DNA from: an uncultured beta proteobacterium
GTDB lineage: Bacteria; Pseudomonadota; Gammaproteobacteria; Burkholderiales; Gallionellaceae
Assembly (NCBI GenBank): GCA_963740305.1
Contig: CAVUDR010000001.1
Span: 298,642-362,641 of the forward strand
DNA length: 64,000 bases
Direction: 5' to 3'
The position numbers were made by a program, and so were the translations under genes. How positions within the stretch are numbered: the first letter of the stretch is position 1; each line of letters begins with the position of its first letter. Below, in pieces: positions 11,158 to 20,889 of the stretch. The notes under the pieces were generated by a model. It was not told the DNA's origin. It ran no database searches and was given only the letters and a program-made list of their open reading frames with translations.

Positions 11158-12432
11158 ATGGCACATATCGTAATCATGGGCGCAGGCATAGGCGGTATGC
11201 CTATGGCGTATGAAATGAAGGAAAAGATACGCAAGGCAGACAAAGTAACCGTTATCTCCAATTCGGAGAATTTCCATTTTGTGCCATCCAATCCCTGGGT
11301 GGGCGTGAAGTGGCGCGACCGTGAGGATATCGAGTTTGGTGTGCGACCATACTTGGAGCGCAAAGGTATCAACTTTATCTCTACCGGCGTAAAGCGTGTC
11401 CATCCAGAGAATAATCGCTTGGAGCTTAACGATGGCTCATTGGTCGATTATGATTTCCTGATCATCGCAACAGGGCCTAAGTTGGCATTTGATGAAGTTG
11501 AAGGTTTGGGGCCTCATGGCGGCCACACTCAATCCGTTTGCCACGTGGATCATGCGATGAAATCTCATGATATGTGGGATGGCTTTACCAAAGAGCCAGG
11601 CCCTATCATCGTCGGCGCAGTACAGGGCGCCTCATGCTTTGGTCCTGCTTATGAATACGCATTTACTATCGAGACAGATCTGCGTCGCCGACGAATCCGC
11701 AACCATGTGCCTATGACTTTCGTGACTTCCGAGCCATACATAGGCCACCTCGGTTTGGGAGGCGTAGGTGACTCTAAAGGCATGTTGGAGTCGGCAATGC
11801 GTGAGAAGCACATAAAGTGGATTTGCAATGCCAAGGTTGACAAGGTCGAAGCGGGAAAAATGTTCGTTACCGAATTTGACGATATGGGCAAGGAAAAACA
11901 AAAACACGAATTGCCTTTCGCCTATAGCATGATGCTGCCTGCATTTAAGGGAGTAGATGCAGTATATGGTATCGAAGGCCTTACAAACCCGCGCGGATTC
12001 ATCGTGGTAGACGAACATCAGCGCAATCCAAAATTCAAAAATATCTACGCAGTCGGTGTATGTATCGCAATCCCTCCTGTGGAGAAGACGCCAGTGCCTA
12101 TCGGTACGCCCAAGACCGGTTACATGATTGAATCTATGGTGACTGCAACCGCACATAACATCCACTCCGAACTGACTGGGAATCCACCAACCAGCAAGGC
12201 GACATGGAATACTGTCTGTCTGGCAGACTTTGGTGACACGGGCATGGCATTCGTGGCGTTGCCACAGATTCCGCCACGTAACGTGAACTGGGTATCATCA
12301 GGCAAATGGGTGCATGTTGCTAAAATCGCGTTCGAGAAGTACTTCATGCGTAAGATGAAGCGAGGTACATCCGAGCCCATGTACGAGAAGCTTGTGATGA
12401 ATGCGATGGGTATTACCAAGCTCAAAGAGTGA
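11158..12432 (+). CDS. sqr: Sulfide:quinone oxidoreductase, type I (SqrA-like)
   Basis: GAGIGG FAD motif, FVPSNPW, three conserved Cys (SVCH, GASCFGPAYE, VCLADFGD), PKTGYMIESM, AKIAFEKYF. Confidence 0.92.
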   Translation: MAHIVIMGAGIGGMPMAYEMKEKIRKADKVTVISNSENFHFVPSNPWVGVKWRDREDIEFGVRPYLERKGINFISTGVKRVHPENNRLELNDGSLVDYDFLIIATGPKLAFDEVEGLGPHGGHTQSVCHVDHAMKSHDMWDGFTKEPGPIIVGAVQGASCFGPAYEYAFTIETDLRRRRIRNHVPMTFVTSEPYIGHLGLGGVGDSKGMLESAMREKHIKWICNAKVDKVEAGKMFVTEFDDMGKEKQKHELPFAYSMMLPAFKGVDAVYGIEGLTNPRGFIVVDEHQRNPKFKNIYAVGVCIAIPPVEKTPVPIGTPKTGYMIESMVTATAHNIHSELTGNPPTSKATWNTVCLADFGDTGMAFVALPQIPPRNVNWVSSGKWVHVAKIAFEKYFMRKMKRGTSEPMYEKLVMNAMGITKLKE

Positions 12433-12447
12433 TCAGTAAGCAAATCT

Positions 12448-12468
12448 GACCGGGTCTATGACCTGGTC
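12448..12468 (+). other. Intergenic hairpin between sqr and the RND permease
   Basis: GACCGGGTC-TAT-GACCTGGTC stem with one G-U pair. Confidence 0.35.
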
Positions 12469-12497
12469 TTAAGTTTTATGTCAGTTTAGGAATAACT

Positions 12498-15400
12498 ATG
12501 GGTATCTCAGGACGTATCGCCAAGCACTTCTTGCATTCACAAATGACTCCATTGCTCGCATTGGTCGCAGTGTTGTTGGGGGTGTTCGCGGTATTGGTGA
12601 CGCCTCGTGAGGAGGAGCCGCAGATTAATGTGACGATGGCGAACGTCATGATTGCCTATCCAGGTGCGTCTGCAAAAGACGTATCACAAACTGTAGCGAC
12701 TCCGGCAGAACAAGTACTGTCACAAATCGCTGGTGTCGATCACGTTTATTCGGTTGCACAACCTGGCATGGCCGTGGTTACAGTGCAGTTCAAGGTGGGT
12801 GAAGAACATGTTCCTTCACTGGTGAAGCTCTATGACGTGGTGCACTCGCACGCAGATTGGTTGCCACCAACTTTGGGAGTGGCGCAGCCCATCATCAAAG
12901 CTAAAGGCATAGATGACGTACCAGTGATGGCGCTGACTTTGTGGCGTGAACAGAACGCGGGTGGCAGTGTGGAGCTGACTCAAGTAGCGCATGCCATAGA
13001 GTCTGACTTGAAGCGCGTGCCAGGTACACGCGAGGTCTCTACGCTGGGTGGAACTCAGCGCATGATTAGAGTTGAGCTAAATCCTGAGAGTTTGAGCGCC
13101 TACCAGCTTAGTCTGCAAGATGTGCGCAATGCCTTGCAGGCATCCAATGTGTCGCAGAACGCTGGCGTGCTTGCTCAGGACAACCGCGAACTATTGGTGC
13201 AGACAGGCGGTTTCCTGAACAACGCAAGTGATGTGAAACAGTTAGTGGTCGGCGTGTCGGATGGTAAGCCTGTATTCTTGCGTGATATTGCCGATGTGAA
13301 AGACGGTGCAGACCAGCCCAGTAGCTATGTATGGATGGGGGCGGGACCAGCGGCTGCTGATAAAGATATCAAAGCTAAAGGTGAATTCACCGCAGTGACC
13401 ATTGCGATTAGCAAGAAGCCGGGATCGAATGCAGTTGATGTGACAGACCAATTGCTTAAGCGTGTAGAGGAACTCAAGGGCAGTGTGATTCCGGCTGATG
13501 TGCAAGTTAGTACTACACGCAATTACGGTGAGACCGCCAATGACAAGGCGATGAAGTTGATAAAGAAGTTGTTATTTGCTACAGCTGCAGTTGTGTTGTT
13601 GGTGTGGTTGACCATGGGCAAGCGAGAGGCGTTGGTGGTTGGCGTCGCGGTGATGTTGACCTTGGCGGCAACACTGTTCGCATCATGGGCGTGGGGCTTC
13701 ACGCTCAATCGAGTATCGTTGTTCGCACTGATCTTTTCGATTGGGATATTGGTTGATGATGCCATCGTGGTCGTGGAAAATATCCATAGGCGACGTGCGC
13801 TCTCAACGCATCAGTCACTCTCCGAAATTATCCCAGAAGCTGTGGATGAAGTTGGTAGCCCTACCATATTGGCGACCTTTACTGTCATCGCCGCACTGCT
13901 GCCCATGGCATTTGTGAGCGGATTGATGGGCCCTTACATGAGTCCTATACCGATCAATGCAAGCATGGGTATGCTGATATCGTTGGCGGTTGCTTTCGTC
14001 ATCACGCCTTGGTTGGTGCTGCGTTTTGCGGGGCCGCATCATGAAGAGATCAAGGACGAGCGCGATACCGTGTTGAGTCGCTTCTTCCGTAAACGTTTGA
14101 GTCCATTTTTGAATGGGGAATATGGCAAGCCAGCACGTCGTAAGCTATGGTTGGCTATATTTGGGGGATTATTGTTAGCTGTATCACTGGGTGTAGTGAA
14201 GCTGGTGATCCTGAAGATGTTGCCCTTCGATAATAAATCCGAATTTCAAATCGTAGTGGATATGCCTACAGGCACAGCGCTGGAGCAAACCAGCGCCGTA
14301 CTGCATGACATCGGAGCCTACATTGCGACCGTACCCGAAGTGACCGATTACGAAGCTTATGCGGGTACAGCATCGCCGATTAATTTCAATGGTCTAGTAC
14401 GCCAATACTATTTGCGTAGTGAGGCCAATCAGGGTGATTTGCAAGTCAATTTGCGTGACAAGCATCACCGTAGCCGCAGTAGCCACGAGATTGCGACATC
14501 AGTGTTGGAGCCTATGCAAAAGATCGCTAAGCAATGGGGTGCCAAGATCAAGATCGTTGAAGTGCCGCCTGGACCACCCGTCATGTCACCTATCGTTGCT
14601 GAGATATATGGCCCAGATTATGAGGGGCAGCGCAAAGTTGCGGGCATGGTACGTGAGCAGTTTGGTCAGACGAAAGACATCGTTGGGATAGACGATAGCG
14701 TCAGTGAAATCGCACCCAAATTGATGTTGCGCGTATTACAAAGCAAAGCGGCGATGCTTGGTGTTGCACCACGCGACATTGTGGATGCGATTAGTGTGGC
14801 GCTGAGCGGACAGAACGTAACCTCATTGCATGACACCAACGCAAAGTATGCGCCACCCTTGCATATCGGCTTGCCGGCAGAGCGCCGCAGCAATATCGAC
14901 GAGGTTCTTAAGCTCAAGGTACATGCACATGACGGTGTGCTCGTTCCATTGTCAGAAGTGGTGCAAGTGGTAAAGGTGGAGCGTGATCTGCCTATTTTCC
15001 ACAAGGATCTTTTGCCTGTGGTCTATGTGTTCGGTGATATGGCGGGGAAATTGGATAGTCCGCTATACGGTATGTTCGGTATCAACAGCAAAGTCAGTGG
15101 TATGGCTTTGGAACAAGGCGGCAACTTGGAAAGTTATTACTTTAATCAGCCTAGTGATCAATACGCCAGTTATGCCTTGAAGTGGGATGGTGAATGGCAA
15201 GTGACATTCGAGACATTCCGCGATATGGGCATCGCCTATGGTGTAGGGCTGATCCTGATCTATCTGTTGGTAGTGGCGCAGTTCAAGTCATATGTAGTGC
15301 CGCTCATCATCATGGCGCCTATCCCGTTGACCATCATTGGTGTGATGCCGGGTCATGCATTGTTTGGCTCGCAGTTCACCGCAACTTCAATGATAGGCAT

Positions 15401-15698
15401 GATTGCGCTGGCGGGTATTATCGTGCGCAACTCCATACTCTTGGTTGATTTCGTTAACTTGCAGGTGCGTGATGGTGTCGATCTTCAACATGCAGTGATT
15501 GCGGCAGCCAGCGCGCGAGCCAAACCCATCATTTTGACGGGGCTGGCAGCGATGCTGGGCGCGTTATTCATTCTCGATGACCCTATTTTCAATGGCTTAG
15601 CATTGGCATTGATCTTTGGCATCTTGGTTTCGACAGTATTGACCTTGATTGTTATCCCAGTTTTGTATTACGCAACCCTGTATAAAAAAATCCAGTAA
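12498..15698 (+). CDS. Efflux RND transporter permease subunit
   Basis: 1066 aa; PREEEPQI, TM4 GILVDDAIVVVENI, GIIVRNSILLVDF, RAKPIILT. Confidence 0.93.
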   Translation: MGISGRIAKHFLHSQMTPLLALVAVLLGVFAVLVTPREEEPQINVTMANVMIAYPGASAKDVSQTVATPAEQVLSQIAGVDHVYSVAQPGMAVVTVQFKVGEEHVPSLVKLYDVVHSHADWLPPTLGVAQPIIKAKGIDDVPVMALTLWREQNAGGSVELTQVAHAIESDLKRVPGTREVSTLGGTQRMIRVELNPESLSAYQLSLQDVRNALQASNVSQNAGVLAQDNRELLVQTGGFLNNASDVKQLVVGVSDGKPVFLRDIADVKDGADQPSSYVWMGAGPAAADKDIKAKGEFTAVTIAISKKPGSNAVDVTDQLLKRVEELKGSVIPADVQVSTTRNYGETANDKAMKLIKKLLFATAAVVLLVWLTMGKREALVVGVAVMLTLAATLFASWAWGFTLNRVSLFALIFSIGILVDDAIVVVENIHRRRALSTHQSLSEIIPEAVDEVGSPTILATFTVIAALLPMAFVSGLMGPYMSPIPINASMGMLISLAVAFVITPWLVLRFAGPHHEEIKDERDTVLSRFFRKRLSPFLNGEYGKPARRKLWLAIFGGLLLAVSLGVVKLVILKMLPFDNKSEFQIVVDMPTGTALEQTSAVLHDIGAYIATVPEVTDYEAYAGTASPINFNGLVRQYYLRSEANQGDLQVNLRDKHHRSRSSHEIATSVLEPMQKIAKQWGAKIKIVEVPPGPPVMSPIVAEIYGPDYEGQRKVAGMVREQFGQTKDIVGIDDSVSEIAPKLMLRVLQSKAAMLGVAPRDIVDAISVALSGQNVTSLHDTNAKYAPPLHIGLPAERRSNIDEVLKLKVHAHDGVLVPLSEVVQVVKVERDLPIFHKDLLPVVYVFGDMAGKLDSPLYGMFGINSKVSGMALEQGGNLESYYFNQPSDQYASYALKWDGEWQVTFETFRDMGIAYGVGLILIYLLVVAQFKSYVVPLIIMAPIPLTIIGVMPGHALFGSQFTATSMIGMIALAGIIVRNSILLVDFVNLQVRDGVDLQHAVIAAASARAKPIILTGLAAMLGALFILDDPIFNGLALALIFGILVSTVLTLIVIPVLYYATLYKKIQ

Positions 15699-15730
15699 AA
15701 TGCTGGACTAAATTTTTAGGAGCTTTAAAC

Positions 15731-15943
15731 ATGAACGCAGAACGCATCATACGTATCGTCGCAGGCAGCTTCGTGCTGTTATCTTTGGCGCTGGGCGCAC
15801 CAGGCAGCCCAGTATTCCAAAATACTAACTGGTTGTGGTTCACTACCTTTGTTGGTGTGAATCTGTTTCAAAGTGGTTTCACGACATTCTGCCCGCTGAA
15901 TAACATCCTCGCCAAGTTTGGTATCAAGAGCGGTTCTTGCTAA
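15731..15943 (+). CDS. DUF2892 (YgaP-like) small membrane protein
   Basis: ERIIRIVAG...FVGVNLFQSGFTTFCPL: two TM helices ending in CP; GGAG RBS. Confidence 0.85.
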   Translation: MNAERIIRIVAGSFVLLSLALGAPGSPVFQNTNWLWFTTFVGVNLFQSGFTTFCPLNNILAKFGIKSGSC

Positions 15944-15966
15944 CGAGCATTAAGCAGTCCGTACAT

Positions 15967-17718
15967 ATGACCCACATCAGTCTGGCTTTGGTCGGACTGA
16001 TGTGGGTTGTGCCATTTTTGCTGACGACACATGAATACCCATTGACGACATTCGATCAGGAGTGGTGGGTGGCATTGATAGGCGTTTTCGCGCTGTCCGC
16101 ACTCGTGAGCAAGTCCTTTTGGGAAGGGCCTACTATTCCGCGTATCAGCATATTGCCAGTTGGACTTGTCCTTATAGCCCTGATGCAAGTATCGCTAGGG
16201 ATGATTCCATTTCTTGAGCAGGGCTTGTTGTATATAGAATATCTATTATTTGCGGCATTGTTAATAGTATTGGGTGGCTGGTTACGTCGTGCAATCGGAT
16301 TGGAAAATATCGCACTGGTATTGGCGGTATTTTTGTTGATAGGTGCTGAGCTGAGTGCATTTATAGGCGTGCTGCAACATTTTGGGTGGCATACCGTATT
16401 CGACAGCGTGGTCGTCCGCAAAGTATCATTTAGTCTGTATGGGAATGTGGCTCAACCTAACCATTATGCGAACTACATCACATTGGGTTTAATCTCCGTA
16501 GGCCTGCTCTATCAGCGTAATTTGATCAAATTGCCTTATTTGGCGTTGATACTCACCCCCCTCCTGTTCGTGCTGACTTTGAGCGGATCCCGAAGCTCAT
16601 TGCTCTATCTGTTAGGCGTCAGCTTGCTTGCATTCTGGTTAGTTATCAAGAATCGGCAGATGAAAAAAATCGCTTATTTCATGCTTGCAGTTCTCATCGG
16701 GTCTGCTTTGATGCATTTGTTGGTGTTATTGCCGTTTCTTGCAGGGAGCGGGGATGAAACGAATGCGTGGAGTCGGCTGATTAACTCAGATACGAGTGGC
16801 AGTATTCGTATATATCTATGGCATGAGGCTATTCTGATGTTCATGCAGCAGCCATTCTTGGGAGTCGGTTTCGGGCAATTCGCATGGAATCATAGCGAAT
16901 GGTTGCCTATATTAAAGCCAAATAGTATTTCTGGCTTATACAACAATGCGCATAACGTTGTTCTGCAGTTGGCGGCGGAGACAGGCCTGCTTGGATTGTT
17001 GGTTTTGTTGGGGGGCGCGGGGGCATGGGCCTGGGGTTTGCGCCGAGTATCTGTATTCGGTAGTGCGCATTGGTGGGGATATTCCATTATTTTAGTACTG
17101 TGTATACATGGTTCATTGGAGTATCCACTGTGGTACCTATACTTCATCTCGATCTTGGCACTATTGTTGGGAATATTTGATGAAACTGCATATCGTTTGG
17201 AGTTGCGTAATCTAGGTAGGGTATCAATTGCTTTGATTCTATCGATGGCACTAATTTCGATAGTGCAGATGCAGATCACCTATAGGGAGCTGAAAGCAGC
17301 TTTATCCATACAGTCCATATCAGGGGTGAGCCAGGAAAACTCTATGCGCACTTATCAGTCTTTGTATTTATTAAGGAATGGAGCATTACTTTCACCATAT
17401 GCGAATCTATATCTGGCTTCATACATAGATGTTAGTCCGCAGAATTTGGAACAAAAAGTCGCATTAAACTATAAGGTGGTACGCTTTATTCCAACCTCGG
17501 ATGCAATGTACCGACAGTCATTTTTGTTGGCGCAAGGTGGTAAGTTGGGGGAGGCGGAAAAAGTGATGGAACAGGCAATCTGGTCTTATCCTGGCAATGG
17601 GAGTGCGCATCAGATATTACTTGAATTGAATCGGAAAGACCCCGCGCATTTTTCGGCTCTGCTAGAATTCGCCACCCAAAAAGAACAGGAGCATGCTCGT
17701 GCAGTTCGTATTAGATAA
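15967..17718 (+). CDS. pglL: PglL family O-oligosaccharyltransferase (Wzy_C)
   Basis: Multi-TM; GNVAQPNHYANY, SGSRS, GVGFGQF, NAHNVVLQLAAETG, HGSLEYPLWY. Confidence 0.8.
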   Translation: MTHISLALVGLMWVVPFLLTTHEYPLTTFDQEWWVALIGVFALSALVSKSFWEGPTIPRISILPVGLVLIALMQVSLGMIPFLEQGLLYIEYLLFAALLIVLGGWLRRAIGLENIALVLAVFLLIGAELSAFIGVLQHFGWHTVFDSVVVRKVSFSLYGNVAQPNHYANYITLGLISVGLLYQRNLIKLPYLALILTPLLFVLTLSGSRSSLLYLLGVSLLAFWLVIKNRQMKKIAYFMLAVLIGSALMHLLVLLPFLAGSGDETNAWSRLINSDTSGSIRIYLWHEAILMFMQQPFLGVGFGQFAWNHSEWLPILKPNSISGLYNNAHNVVLQLAAETGLLGLLVLLGGAGAWAWGLRRVSVFGSAHWWGYSIILVLCIHGSLEYPLWYLYFISILALLLGIFDETAYRLELRNLGRVSIALILSMALISIVQMQITYRELKAALSIQSISGVSQENSMRTYQSLYLLRNGALLSPYANLYLASYIDVSPQNLEQKVALNYKVVRFIPTSDAMYRQSFLLAQGGKLGEAEKVMEQAIWSYPGNGSAHQILLELNRKDPAHFSALLEFATQKEQEHARAVRIR

Positions 17719-18109
17719 TATTTTCCCGATTGGCATTGGCTTATTCAGCGGTGTGATGTTGCTGTGGTCTATGTTTGGCAATCGTATTCGTGGCATCAAA
17801 GCGGTGGATGCGCAAGCAGCACTGCAACTAATTAATCACAAGAATGCTTTTGTACTAGATGTGCGTGAACCGGAAGAATACAAATCTGGCCATGTATTGA
17901 ATGCCAAGCTGATCCCTCTGGGTAAGCTCAAGGAGCGTATGGGTGAGTTAGAGAGCCATCGCGACCAAGCTATAGTTGTGGTTTGCCGTAGTGGTAATCG
18001 CTCTGGAAACGCTTGTGTGCTGCTCGGCAAGGCAGGATTTGCTCAGGCATATAATTTGTCAGGTGGCGTGATGGCTTGGCAAAGCAGCAAGCTGCCGTTG
18101 GAAAAATAA
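17693..18109 (+). CDS. Membrane-anchored rhodanese-like protein (YibN-like)
   Basis: N-terminal TM, LDVREPEEYKSGH, VVCRSGNRS, LSGGVMAW; precedes grxC-secB. Confidence 0.9.
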   Translation: MLVQFVLDNIFPIGIGLFSGVMLLWSMFGNRIRGIKAVDAQAALQLINHKNAFVLDVREPEEYKSGHVLNAKLIPLGKLKERMGELESHRDQAIVVVCRSGNRSGNACVLLGKAGFAQAYNLSGGVMAWQSSKLPLEK

Positions 18110-18110
18110 G

Positions 18111-18368
18111 ATGGCCAAGGTATTGATGTACACCACAGCAGTATGTCCATACTGCATTAGAGCGGAACAGCTTTTGCAGCGCAAAGGTGTGGATGATATA
18201 GAGAAGATAAGGGTCGATTTGCAGCCGGAATTGCGCTTGGAGATGATGGAAAAGACTGGTCGCCGCACTGTCCCTCAAATCTATATCGATACATTTCATG
18301 TTGGTGGATACGATGACCTTGCCGCCTTGGACAGAGCAGGTAAATTAGAACCTCTATTAGCTAAATAA
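18111..18368 (+). CDS. grxC: Glutaredoxin 3
   Basis: CPYC active site, TVPQI, VGGYDDL. Confidence 0.95.
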   Translation: MAKVLMYTTAVCPYCIRAEQLLQRKGVDDIEKIRVDLQPELRLEMMEKTGRRTVPQIYIDTFHVGGYDDLAALDRAGKLEPLLAK

Positions 18369-18377
18369 GGAAGAACG

Positions 18378-18833
18378 ATGAGTGAAGCAACCCCAGCACA
18401 AGCCATTTTCAGTATGGATAAAATTTATGTGAAGGATATCTCTTTGGAGATACCTCATGCACCTCAGATATTCCTAGAGCGGGAAAGCCCACAGATTGAT
18501 GTGCAACTGCATAGCCAAGCTGCTGTCATTGAAGAAGGCGTTTACGAAGTTACTGTTACGACGACTGTGACTTCCAAGCTGGGCGAGAAGGTAATGTTCC
18601 TGATAGAGGCCAAGCAAGCGGGCATATTCCAAGTTCGCAATGTCCCTAATGAAGAGCTGGAGCCGATATTGGCCGTAATGTGCCCTAATATTTTGTTCCC
18701 CTATTTGCGTGAAGTGGTCTCGGACGTCTCGGTACGCGGTGGTTTTGCACCTGTCATGCTCAACCCTATCAACTTTGAAGCCCTGTATCAACAGCAAAAG
18801 CAACAAGCGCAAGTACCCGAAACGACACATTAA
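18378..18833 (+). CDS. secB: Protein-export chaperone SecB
   Basis: IYVKDISLEIP, QAGIF, CPNILFPYLRE, PINFEALY. Confidence 0.96.
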   Translation: MSEATPAQAIFSMDKIYVKDISLEIPHAPQIFLERESPQIDVQLHSQAAVIEEGVYEVTVTTTVTSKLGEKVMFLIEAKQAGIFQVRNVPNEELEPILAVMCPNILFPYLREVVSDVSVRGGFAPVMLNPINFEALYQQQKQQAQVPETTH

Positions 18834-19285
18834 TGAGGCATAGTCTCCGCTTACTTGTAGCAACACTCCTTATAGGCTTGCTGCCTGTGGGAGCTGTGGG
18901 TGCAGTGGAGTATATGTCAGTGTCGGCGCCCCATGCGATCTTGTATGACGCTCCGTCTCAGCACGCCAAAAAAATGTTTATCGTGAATCGCTACATGCCA
19001 TTCGAGACTGTGGTGAGTTTGGATGCTTGGGTCAAAGTCAGGGACAGATCGGGTGCTTTGTATTGGGTTGAAAAATCGGAACTCACCTTCAAGCGATACG
19101 TGTTCGCCGTTTTGCCAGTCGTCGATGTGCGCAAAGCCCCAGAATTCTCCTCACCCAGCATGCTGCAAGTTAGACAGCAAGTGGCCTTGGAGTTGCTCGA
19201 AGATACGGGTACGGGTTGGTTGAAGGTGCGCCATCAAGATGGCGAGTTGGGATACGTAAAGCGTAGTGAAGTTTGGGGGGGCTAA
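18833..19285 (+). CDS. Periplasmic SH3 domain-containing protein
   Basis: Signal peptide plus two bacterial SH3-like repeats (WVKVRD, WLKVRH); between secB and gpsA. Confidence 0.8.
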   Translation: MRHSLRLLVATLLIGLLPVGAVGAVEYMSVSAPHAILYDAPSQHAKKMFIVNRYMPFETVVSLDAWVKVRDRSGALYWVEKSELTFKRYVFAVLPVVDVRKAPEFSSPSMLQVRQQVALELLEDTGTGWLKVRHQDGELGYVKRSEVWGG

Positions 19286-19286
19286 G

Positions 19287-20273
19287 GTGAACATAGTTGT
19301 CATGGGCGCTGGCGCTTGGGGCACGGCTCTCGCAATCAATCTTTCTGCTCAACATAAGGTCACATTGTGGGCTCGGAATGCAGAGCTGATAGCGGAGATG
19401 CAAAAGAAGCACAGCAATCTCCGTTACCTTCCAGATGTTGCCATTCCTAGCAAAATCACACTGACTGCGAATCTTGTGTCGGCGTTGGTCGAAGCAGAGC
19501 TGGTGATTGTGGCAGTCCCGATGTCAGGTTTGCGTGACGCATTGCAAAAAATAGCGACTATGGGGCGCCCTGTAGGCGTTGCATGGTTGTGCAAAGGTTT
19601 TGAAGCGGGGAGTGGGTTACTGCCTCATCAGGTTGTGGCTGAAGTGCTGTCACCTAGTATTAAGTGCGGTGTGCTGTCAGGTCCAAGTTTTGCGCAAGAA
19701 GTAGCTCGGGGCTTACCAACTGCGCTGACATTTGCTGCCACAGATGAAGAATTTGCTCGTACGACTGCACAAGCTTTGCATAACTCGCGCTTGCGGGTTT
19801 ATGCGAGTTCTGATGTGGTGGGCGTCGAAGTCGGTGGCGCAATTAAGAACGTGCTGGCGATCGCTGCGGGTATCAGTGATGGCATGGGTTTAGGCTATAA
19901 CGCTAGAGCTGCATTGATCACTCGTGGTTTGGTGGAGGTTGCTAGGTTGGGGGTCAAACTTGGCGGACAGGCTGAAACGTTGAATGGATTGTCTGGTGCG
20001 GGTGATTTGATACTCACTTGTACTGGCGATCTGTCACGTAACCGTCAAGTCGGCTTGCTCTTGGCTCAACAGCACACCTTACCCGAGATACTTAAGCGCT
20101 TGGGTCATGTCGCAGAAGGTGTGTATACCGTGCGCGAAGTACACCAGCTGTCACAGCGCTTGGGTGTAACCATGCCTATATGCGATGCTGTTTACCGTAT
20201 CGTCTATGAACAAGAGCCTGTGGATGTTGTACTTGCCGACCTGTTGAGTCGCACGCCCAATTCGGAATTCTAG
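19287..20273 (+). CDS. gpsA: NAD(P)H-dependent glycerol-3-phosphate dehydrogenase
   Basis: GAGAWGTALA, CKGFE, LSGPSFA, GAIKNV, GDLILTC...SRNR; GTG start at 19287. Confidence 0.96.
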   Translation: MNIVVMGAGAWGTALAINLSAQHKVTLWARNAELIAEMQKKHSNLRYLPDVAIPSKITLTANLVSALVEAELVIVAVPMSGLRDALQKIATMGRPVGVAWLCKGFEAGSGLLPHQVVAEVLSPSIKCGVLSGPSFAQEVARGLPTALTFAATDEEFARTTAQALHNSRLRVYASSDVVGVEVGGAIKNVLAIAAGISDGMGLGYNARAALITRGLVEVARLGVKLGGQAETLNGLSGAGDLILTCTGDLSRNRQVGLLLAQQHTLPEILKRLGHVAEGVYTVREVHQLSQRLGVTMPICDAVYRIVYEQEPVDVVLADLLSRTPNSEF

Positions 20274-20328
20274 CTTCATCTCAAACTCGGGCGGCGGCGA
20301 TCAGTATACCTGCTACTACCCCTACCTT

Positions 20329-20796
20329 TTATAGACTACTACCTTGGAAGCCACACTGTCTCCATGCTTCGTAAACGCTGACCGCGACCGTATTCGAAAG
20401 ATTAAGGCTGCGATTGTTGGGCAGCATAGGTAGGCGTACGCGTTGTACAGCGGGAAAATCTGCAAGAACCTCTGCAGGCAGGCCGCGACTTTCTGGGCCG
20501 TACAAAAAAGTATCACCAGCGTGGTAAGACAAGCCATGGAAGGCTTGAGAGCCTTTGGTGGTCAGTGCGAATACTCTGGCGGGATCGAAATCAGCTAAGC
20601 AGCTTGCCAGATCATCATGAACTTTGAGGGTGGCGAATTCATGGTAATCCAAGCCTGCTCGGACGAGTTGTTTATCCTCCAATGTGAAGCCCAGCGGCTG
20701 AATTAAGTGCAGTTTGCAGCCAGTATTGGCGCACAGTCGAATGATGTTCCCAGTGTTGGGTGGGATCTCTGGTTGAAAAAGTACGATATTGAACAT
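20329..20796 (-). CDS. trmL: tRNA (cytidine/uridine-34-2'-O)-methyltransferase
   Basis: [34 protein letters not shown]. Confidence 0.95.
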   Translation of the reverse strand: MFNIVLFQPEIPPNTGNIIRLCANTGCKLHLIQPLGFTLEDKQLVRAGLDYHEFATLKVHDDLASCLADFDPARVFALTTKGSQAFHGLSYHAGDTFLYGPESRGLPAEVLADFPAVQRVRLPMLPNNRSLNLSNTVAVSVYEAWRQCGFQGSSL

Positions 20797-20817
20797 GAAA
20801 AGTAGCTGAGTAAGTTC

Positions 20818-20846
20818 TTGTCAGGAAGGGTAAAAGCGATTAACTT
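20818..20846 (+). promoter_or_regulatory. Putative sigma70 promoter of the mshE paralog
   Basis: TTGTCA-N17-TAACTT; identical hexamers and spacing recur at 22701-22729. Confidence 0.6.
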
Positions 20847-20889
20847 TGTGGTCAATCAGCTGTAACTCAATTTATAACGAGGGGGAATT

